Source: Helicobacteraceae bacterium (GTDB lineage Bacteria; Campylobacterota; Campylobacteria; Campylobacterales; Sulfurimonadaceae). Taken from it: 34,767 nt of DNA. Below the pieces are notes generated by a model, which made no database searches, had not been told where the DNA came from, and saw only the letters and a program-made list of their open reading frames with translations. The stretch's first letter is position 1. Every line of letters starts with the position of its first letter. Below are positions 28,577 to 34,767 of this stretch, in pieces. The stretch covers positions 1 to 34,767 of the forward strand of contig JAMOQV010000049.1 of the NCBI GenBank assembly GCA_027068615.1. The letters are read 5' to 3'. The translations under genes were made by a program, and so were the position numbers.

Positions 28577-30814
28577 TTAAGAAAGTGACCAACTTATATA
28601 AAACACACTCCCATTTTCTATAGACTTATAAACCAAATCACCATTGAACTGTTCATTCATAATTCTTTTACTCATATAAAGACCAAGACCTGTTCCTTTA
28701 CCCGCTTCTTTTGTAGTAAAATAAGGTGTAAAAAGTTTTTCTTGATTTTCTTTTGAGATGCCACCTGCATAATCTGTTATGGTCATAGTTTTGTTATTTA
28801 TTAAAGATATCTCTATAATTTTTTTACCTTTATAATTTATCTCATCATAAGCATCTTTTGAGTTCATAAGAAGATTTATCATCACTTGTTCTAACATATC
28901 ACTATGACCTTTTATAGTAACTGGTGTTGAGTTCTTGTCTTTAACAACTACATCTATGTTATGATTTTTAAATTGAACCATAACAAGTTTAAGAACATTT
29001 TCAATCATATCTTCTACTAAAAACTCTTTTGATTCTTTTGATGTTTTAGAATAGTTTAAGAATGTATCTATAACATCAGACATTTTTTGACACTGATCTT
29101 GTATAAAGTAATTGCTTTGAATCAACTCTTCATCATCTAACATACCAAACTCTTTTGTTAAAAGTATCTTAGCACTAGCTGCATTTATAGCATTTAATGG
29201 TTGTCTCCATTGATGGGCTATCATATTTACCATCTCACCCATCTGTGCCATTTTTGATTGTTGCATAAGAACTAAATCTTTCTTTTTTGCCTCTTTTTCA
29301 AGGTTTTTAATATCTGTTAAATCAGTTAATATCAATATAACAACTGATTCTTGATTGATAACACCAAAAAACTCTTTTAACATGATAGGAATCTTAATCC
29401 CGTTATATCTTAATTTTATCTCATGCGGTAAAGAATCTTTATTTTCAAGATGATTCTTAACAGACTTGGTATCATCATCATTTAAAAAATCAAAAAAAGA
29501 ATATTTTTTATTTTCAAAATCAGTTATATTAAGTACAGAAGTTAAAGATTCACTCATTCTAAAAAGATTACCATCAAAATCTGATATACAAAAATAAAGA
29601 CCCTGAATATTTGAAATAATATCTATAAAATCAAGATTTTCCATATAAGGAGTAACATCATGAAAAGTTATAAGATACTCATCATTGTTTGAATTATATG
29701 TTTCAAACTCTTTTATCGCAACTTTAAAAAGGGTATTTATACCTTTTTTATTTTTCAGAATTGTATATACTTCTTTATCTTGATTATCAAGAAGATATTT
29801 AATCCAATTGTATCCATTATCGTACTTTAATTTTAGATATTTATCATCACTACCCTCTATAAACAATTCACATATACATTTATGTTTTTCTCTAAAATCT
29901 TCCATATCCTGAAAATTGGAAAATTGGAAAAAAGCTCTATTGATATACTTCAAATATTCACCATCAGTTGTAAGGGCTATAATGTCTTCTTGAGTATCTA
30001 AAATAGTCTCTAATTTTTTTGCATGAATATGTTCTAAATGCTCTTTCTCTTCTAAAAGCTTGTTTTTATATATAAGTGAATTTTTATAAGAACCATCTAT
30101 GTATAAACCACACTGTAACTCTTTTAACTCATCTATAACCAAATCAATATACTCTTTTTGTATTAAAGACCCATGTTGTGGAGCTATAAGATTTAAGTCT
30201 AAAGATTGGATTTTGAAAAGTGCATAGTTAAGTATATCTTGACTTGGCATATAATTTTCATGAAAAAGCTTTATCTGAGAAAAATAGTTCTCATCCGCAT
30301 AAAAATGCCAACTCTCTTCAACCGCTCCAAATATATCACTACTAAAAAGTATTTTATCTTTTTTAAGGTAGGATGTAAAAGCACCTGGAGCATGTGAATA
30401 AGGGGTAGTTATAAAATCCAACTCTATATCTTTTGTTTTAAGTCTAAAGTTGTGCTCTTCTATGATGTAATAATCTGCTTTTATCCCATAATGTTTTATC
30501 AAAGCTATATTTCTTGAATGCGAAACTATAAGCAAATCATCCCTAGCTATCTCTTTTTCAAATGCTGGAATATTTGCACATACATCAGGGTCTTGATGAT
30601 GTGCTATGATATATTTTATATTTTTCAACGGAGTTACAGAAGATACTTTTTTCTTGATATTTTCAAACTCCAACATAGAACCAGAATCAATCAAAATAGA
30701 CTCATCACCATTTTCTATAAGATAAGCATGGCATTGAAAAGCATCATTTTGCATAAGCTCACCAACCCAATAAACATTTTCTGCTATCATAACAGCATTA
30801 TCATATTTTGACAT
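28577..30814 (-). CDS. Cytoplasmic histidine kinase with an N-terminal MBL-fold (ODP-like di-iron) domain and PAS-like region
   Basis: HHQDPD, SHAPG, SSDIFG and APQHG metal motifs; IAHQWRQPL H-box, N-box, DYAGG, FTTK and GTGLGL; no TM segment. Confidence 0.85.
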   Translation of the reverse strand: MSKYDNAVMIAENVYWVGELMQNDAFQCHAYLIENGDESILIDSGSMLEFENIKKKVSSVTPLKNIKYIIAHHQDPDVCANIPAFEKEIARDDLLIVSHSRNIALIKHYGIKADYYIIEEHNFRLKTKDIELDFITTPYSHAPGAFTSYLKKDKILFSSDIFGAVEESWHFYADENYFSQIKLFHENYMPSQDILNYALFKIQSLDLNLIAPQHGSLIQKEYIDLVIDELKELQCGLYIDGSYKNSLIYKNKLLEEKEHLEHIHAKKLETILDTQEDIIALTTDGEYLKYINRAFFQFSNFQDMEDFREKHKCICELFIEGSDDKYLKLKYDNGYNWIKYLLDNQDKEVYTILKNKKGINTLFKVAIKEFETYNSNNDEYLITFHDVTPYMENLDFIDIISNIQGLYFCISDFDGNLFRMSESLTSVLNITDFENKKYSFFDFLNDDDTKSVKNHLENKDSLPHEIKLRYNGIKIPIMLKEFFGVINQESVVILILTDLTDIKNLEKEAKKKDLVLMQQSKMAQMGEMVNMIAHQWRQPLNAINAASAKILLTKEFGMLDDEELIQSNYFIQDQCQKMSDVIDTFLNYSKTSKESKEFLVEDMIENVLKLVMVQFKNHNIDVVVKDKNSTPVTIKGHSDMLEQVMINLLMNSKDAYDEINYKGKKIIEISLINNKTMTITDYAGGISKENQEKLFTPYFTTKEAGKGTGLGLYMSKRIMNEQFNGDLVYKSIENGSVFYISWSLS

Positions 30815-30904
30815 TATCTAAATCTCCATTAAAGTACTTTTACTAATGTTATCACACATACAGTAAATAACAAATTAAATTATTAAAATATCTTATTTTA
30901 AACA

Positions 30905-33900
30905 CTAAACATTATAATAAGTAGCACTAGGATGATAAACCACTAAAGCACTTGTACTCTGTTCTGGGTGTATTTGAAAAGTCTCACTTAATTCTATGCC
31001 AAACTCTTCAGGTTTTAGCAGATCAAAAAGTGGTCTGTTTAACTCTAAGTCTGGACAAGCCCCGTAACCAAAAGAGTAACGACACCCTTGGTAACGGTTC
31101 ATTCTAACATCTGCTAGAGTATTTCCCTCATCTTCACTTGCTATTCCTAAATCTAGTCTGATTTGTTTATGAGCTATCTCAGCTAGAGCTTCTGCTAACT
31201 CAACCCCTAAACCGTGAAACTGATAATATTCAGTATAGTTACTAGCATCATAAATCTCTCTTTCTATCTCACTTAGTTTTGAACCAGCACTAACACAAGT
31301 AAGAGCCACAACATCATCCACATCACTATGGAAAAAATCACTCAAAGCACGATGTGGTTTTTTTCTCTGTCTTGGAAACTCAAAAGTTTGAGCAATCTCT
31401 CCATCTTCGTATATATGAAGTTTTGTATCATCACTTCTACATTTATAATAACCATAGATGATAGTAGGCTCAAAAAGCCCCTCATCTAAAAATCTAGCTT
31501 TTAGTTTCTCATAAGCTGGTTTTACCACTTCATCTAACTGTTTTTGATAAGCTTCTTTTGTCATACCTTTTGAGCTATAACCCCAACGAGATTTAAAAAG
31601 GATTCTATGATTTACCCACTCAAATACCATCTCAACTTGTTGTGGAGTTAGTTTTAACTCTCTTCTTCCCCAAAATGGTGGGTTTGGTATCTTAACATCT
31701 CGAGAAGGCATCTTTATCTCTTGGTATGGTGGGATGATATACTCTTTTTCCTCTTTCTTTTCAACATTTGGTGCATCTGGGTGTAGATTTGTATCCAAAT
31801 TACCAGCTTCGATGCGACTCATAGCAGTTACACCATCAAATGCATCTTTACAGTAGAAAATTGGCCCATCATAAGATGGGCGACAAAAATCATCTATAAA
31901 ACTTCTTGTAAGTGCAGCACCACCTAAAAGGATAGGTATTTTTATACCTTTTTCTTTTAAAATCTCTAAATTTTCTTTCATAACTTGAGTTGATTTTACA
32001 AGCAAACCACTCATACCAAAAGCTGAAACATGACCCTCTTGTATAGTTTGTATAAAATCATCAAGCTCCACTTTTATACCTAAGTTTTTCACTTTAAAAC
32101 CGTTGTTTGAGAGGATTATATCTACTAGATTTTTACCAACATCATGAACATCACCCTTTACAGTTCCTAAAACCAAAGTGGTATCTACCTCTTTTTCAAC
32201 CTTTGGTAGGTATGGGTTTAGATAATCTACTGTTTTTTTCATAGTCTCAGCAGATTGCAGGACAAACGGTAGTTGCATCTGACCACTACCAAAAAGCTCC
32301 CCTACTACTTTCATAGCATCGATTAAAATCTCATTTACGATTTTCTCAGGTGGTATCTCGTGGCGAACTTTCTCAACAAGAGGTATCATTCTATCTTTAT
32401 CGCCGTCCATAAGAAGTTTTGCGATTTTCTCCTCATCGCTCATAGCTAGATACTCTGCATCTTCTACATTTGTATCGATTGCTTCTTTTGTTGAGAAGTG
32501 TTCTATAAACTCAAAAAGTGCATTTTCAGTTTTATTAAATATCAAGTTATTACATATATCTTGGTCTTCTTGGCTTATCTTGTTTATAGGGATGATATGT
32601 TTTACATTTATGATAACACTTGTAAGACCAGCTTCGATGCAGTGGTGTAAAAACATAGAGTTTAGGTATGGTCTTGCATCTTTATCTAGTCCAAATGATA
32701 TGTTAGAAAGTCCTAAAACTGCTCCAACTTCTGGATGTTTTATGCGAAGTTGTCTTATAGCTTCTATGGTGTTTATACCAGCATCAAGATACTCTTCATC
32801 TCCACTAGCTAGTGTAAAAGTAAGTACATCAAAAACTAAGTCCTCTTTTTTAAGTCCGTGTCTGTTTGTAGCAAGGTCGATAATCCTATCTGCGACTGAG
32901 AGTTTATCTTCAACTGTTTTTGCCATACCTTTTTCATCTATGGTTAGACAAACTAAACTTGTACCGAACTTTTTAGCCAACTGACAAACAGCATCAAACT
33001 TATCTTCCCCATCTTCAAGGTTTACAGAGTTAAGTATAGGTTTACCACCTATGTTTTTAAGTGCGGTCTCTAACCCTTTTGTTTGAGTAGAGTCTGGCAT
33101 CAAAGGTAGAGCGATTTTTTGGTTATATCTGCTCATAACCTCATTCATATCTTTGGTCTCATCTCTACCTGCAAAGCCAACATTTACATCTATAACATGA
33201 GCTCCTGCTCTTACTTGTTGTTGAGCAACACTTAAAGTTCCCTCATAATCTTCAGCAAGGATAAGTTCACGAAATGCTTTACTACCTGTTGCATTACTTC
33301 TCTCACCCATTAAAAGTGGTGCTGGTTTTTGCATCAAAGGGGTTGTGTTAAAAAGTGAAGCTATGGATGTTGGATGACTCCCCGTCGCTGGTTTAGGTGT
33401 GATGTTGTTTGTACCATCAACTAATGCTCTTATATGTTGAGGGGTAGTTCCACAACATCCACCTAAAAAACTAACTCCATCATACTCTAAAAACTTTTTC
33501 TGATGCTGTGTAAACTCTTCTGGGTTCATCGGGTAGTAAGTGTAACCTCCACGGTTTTGAGGAAGTCCAGCATTTGAGTGAACACTTATAGGTTTATGCC
33601 ATAATTCACTTAGAGTTTTTACATGTTTTAAAACTTGTTCGGGCCCAGTTCCACAGTTAAAACCAAGTGAGAGTATGTCAAAAGGCTCAAGTATAGTTGC
33701 TATGGTAGTTGCATCTGTACCTATTAGCATCGTACCACTAAGCTCTATGGTAACACTAACCATAACAGGGATATTAGTTCCTCTTTGTTTGTTGGCTTCA
33801 TCTATGGCATGAAGACCCGCTTTTATCTGAAGTGGATCTTGAGCAGTTTCAAGCATAAACACATCAACTCCACCATCGATAAGTGCTAAACAAAACTCAG

Positions 33901-34333
33901 TATAACCCTCAAACATCTCATCATAAGTTATATGTCCTAATGATGGTAGTTTAGTCCCCGGTCCTATACTACCTAAACAAAATCGTGGATGCTCTTGTGT
34001 GCTAAACTTTTCACACTCTTTTTTTACAAGTTCAGCTCCTGCACAAGTAAGTTCATAAGCACGATTGCCAATATTATACTCATCTAAAACCCAAGAAAAA
34101 GAACCAAATGTATTTGTAGTGATAAAATCAGCACCAGCAGTTAAGTAAGCATGAAATATATCGCTTAAAACTTCAGGGCAAGTAACATTTAGAAGTTCAT
34201 TACAACCCTCATTGCCTTCCCAAGCCTCTTTTGGGATTTTATCGTCTCTTTGTTGTAGCTGTGTACCCATCGCACCATCAATGATAAGTGGACGAGTTTT
34301 TATAGTGTTTAAAATGTATTGTTTAGTATTCAT
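30905..34333 (-). CDS. metH: Cobalamin-dependent methionine synthase
   Basis: DGAMGT, GGCCGT, GERSNATGS, DVHDVGKN (DxHxxG) and RYSFGYGACP motifs. Confidence 0.97.
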   Translation of the reverse strand: MNTKQYILNTIKTRPLIIDGAMGTQLQQRDDKIPKEAWEGNEGCNELLNVTCPEVLSDIFHAYLTAGADFITTNTFGSFSWVLDEYNIGNRAYELTCAGAELVKKECEKFSTQEHPRFCLGSIGPGTKLPSLGHITYDEMFEGYTEFCLALIDGGVDVFMLETAQDPLQIKAGLHAIDEANKQRGTNIPVMVSVTIELSGTMLIGTDATTIATILEPFDILSLGFNCGTGPEQVLKHVKTLSELWHKPISVHSNAGLPQNRGGYTYYPMNPEEFTQHQKKFLEYDGVSFLGGCCGTTPQHIRALVDGTNNITPKPATGSHPTSIASLFNTTPLMQKPAPLLMGERSNATGSKAFRELILAEDYEGTLSVAQQQVRAGAHVIDVNVGFAGRDETKDMNEVMSRYNQKIALPLMPDSTQTKGLETALKNIGGKPILNSVNLEDGEDKFDAVCQLAKKFGTSLVCLTIDEKGMAKTVEDKLSVADRIIDLATNRHGLKKEDLVFDVLTFTLASGDEEYLDAGINTIEAIRQLRIKHPEVGAVLGLSNISFGLDKDARPYLNSMFLHHCIEAGLTSVIINVKHIIPINKISQEDQDICNNLIFNKTENALFEFIEHFSTKEAIDTNVEDAEYLAMSDEEKIAKLLMDGDKDRMIPLVEKVRHEIPPEKIVNEILIDAMKVVGELFGSGQMQLPFVLQSAETMKKTVDYLNPYLPKVEKEVDTTLVLGTVKGDVHDVGKNLVDIILSNNGFKVKNLGIKVELDDFIQTIQEGHVSAFGMSGLLVKSTQVMKENLEILKEKGIKIPILLGGAALTRSFIDDFCRPSYDGPIFYCKDAFDGVTAMSRIEAGNLDTNLHPDAPNVEKKEEKEYIIPPYQEIKMPSRDVKIPNPPFWGRRELKLTPQQVEMVFEWVNHRILFKSRWGYSSKGMTKEAYQKQLDEVVKPAYEKLKARFLDEGLFEPTIIYGYYKCRSDDTKLHIYEDGEIAQTFEFPRQRKKPHRALSDFFHSDVDDVVALTCVSAGSKLSEIEREIYDASNYTEYYQFHGLGVELAEALAEIAHKQIRLDLGIASEDEGNTLADVRMNRYQGCRYSFGYGACPDLELNRPLFDLLKPEEFGIELSETFQIHPEQSTSALVVYHPSATYYNV

Positions 34334-34339
34334 AATGTT

Positions 34340-34348
34340 ATTTTATCA
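34340..34348 (-). promoter_or_regulatory. Extended -10 promoter (TGaTAAAAT) for a likely leaderless metH mRNA
   Basis: TGATAAAAT-AACATT-ATG, a 6-nt spacer with no SD. Confidence 0.6.
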
Positions 34349-34393
34349 TTTATCGACTTAAGATTTACAAGCTGTTATTTACTTACTTTTTTG

Positions 34394-34399
34394 TATAAT
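34394..34399 (+). promoter_or_regulatory. -10 box TATAAT for a likely leaderless transcript starting at 34406
   Basis: TATAAT-CTTTTT-ATG with no SD. Confidence 0.55.
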
Positions 34400-34405
34400 C
34401 TTTTT

Positions 34406-34639
34406 ATGGCTGATTTAGACAGAGCAAAAGATTTTATTAATAACATCAGATTATATATGAGTATGTGTCTTGCATTGATTATTTCCATAGGTTCTGGTGT
34501 ATCAAAACTTTATATTGCTGAAAATTTTAATTATATATTTTTTATAGGTAATATTTTATTGATATTACTTCTATTAATATTTATTTTTTTAGCTAAAAAG
34601 TTACATAAAGAAACTGATAATCTAAAGGACATAAAATGA
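34406..34639 (+). CDS. Small two-TM hypothetical membrane protein (77 aa, start at MADLDRAK)
   Basis: Charged N-terminus, two hydrophobic segments and a charged C-terminus; promoter position supports this start. Confidence 0.7.
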   Translation: MADLDRAKDFINNIRLYMSMCLALIISIGSGVSKLYIAENFNYIFFIGNILLILLLLIFIFLAKKLHKETDNLKDIK

Positions 34640-34737
34640 TATTGGCTACTATAACTATAACCATAACGGCTATAATATTTATAACCACATTTGCTTATGG
34701 AGCTTATGAAATTACATCTAATAGTAAAACAAATTAA
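34636..34737 (+). CDS. 33-aa single-TM peptide MILATITITITAIIFITTFAYGAYEITSNSKTN
   Basis: ATGA overlap with the upstream stop; AAGGA SD at 34625-34629. Not in the ORF track. Confidence 0.55.
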   Translation: MILATITITITAIIFITTFAYGAYEITSNSKTN

Positions 34738-34767
34738 AAGAATATAAATGAACAACTTCTCAAATCT

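Noticed and set aside
754-32984. Short antisense ORFs in the track (for example 754-942, 1181-1375, 2645-2872, 3306-3581, 4908-5255, 8935-9123, 11661-12116, 16315-16593, 24056-24490, 32580-32984)
   Set aside because: They overlap well-supported genes on the opposite strand and have no recognisable motifs; shadow ORFs.
34319-34405. Longer 106-aa version of the small membrane ORF
   Set aside because: It would overlap the metH start and both promoters; the ATG at 34406 fits the -10 spacing.
34531-34755. Minus-strand 74-aa ORF with a YYSRYGYSYSS repeat
   Set aside because: It is the antisense shadow of the (TI)n peptide, whereas the + strand has an SD and ATGA coupling.
1-34767. CRISPR array, tRNA, rRNA, IS element or prophage
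   Set aside because: No regularly spaced repeats, cloverleaf motifs, transposase, integrase or phage genes were seen, and the intergenic gaps are short.

Overview
AT-rich chromosomal segment that looks like Campylobacterota, most similar in style to Sulfurimonas (inferred from gene content, gene order and TGnTAtAAT promoters). It is mostly core genes: tig-clpP-X-def, glmM-lspA, rpsT-prfA, eno-ftsB-like-AMIN, rnhB, moaD-moaE-moeA, mobA, mqnA, malic enzyme, nnr, leuC and metH. No tRNA, rRNA, CRISPR array or IS element was seen. The best candidate for an undescribed system is in the moaD-mqnA intergenic gap (about 19809-20022). It has an extended -10 promoter, a highly structured leader, a strong SD and an unannotated 19-aa hydrophobic ORF (MNKLIIAFMLMCLLAPILH). 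Its 3' UTR can fold back onto both the SD and the start codon, which is the architecture of a type I toxin mRNA. Other notable items: an MNT-HEPN toxin-antitoxin pair inside the Moco operon; a di-haem CCP-like protein coupled to a GGDEF-EAL membrane sensor; an orphan ODP-like di-iron/PAS histidine kinase; an internally deleted OmpA/CadF-like gene; a degenerate GGDEF protein with an intact I-site; an exported rhodanese lacking its catalytic Cys; an SPL-like radical SAM enzyme; several likely leaderless mRNAs including metH; and a coupled pair of small membrane proteins at the right end.
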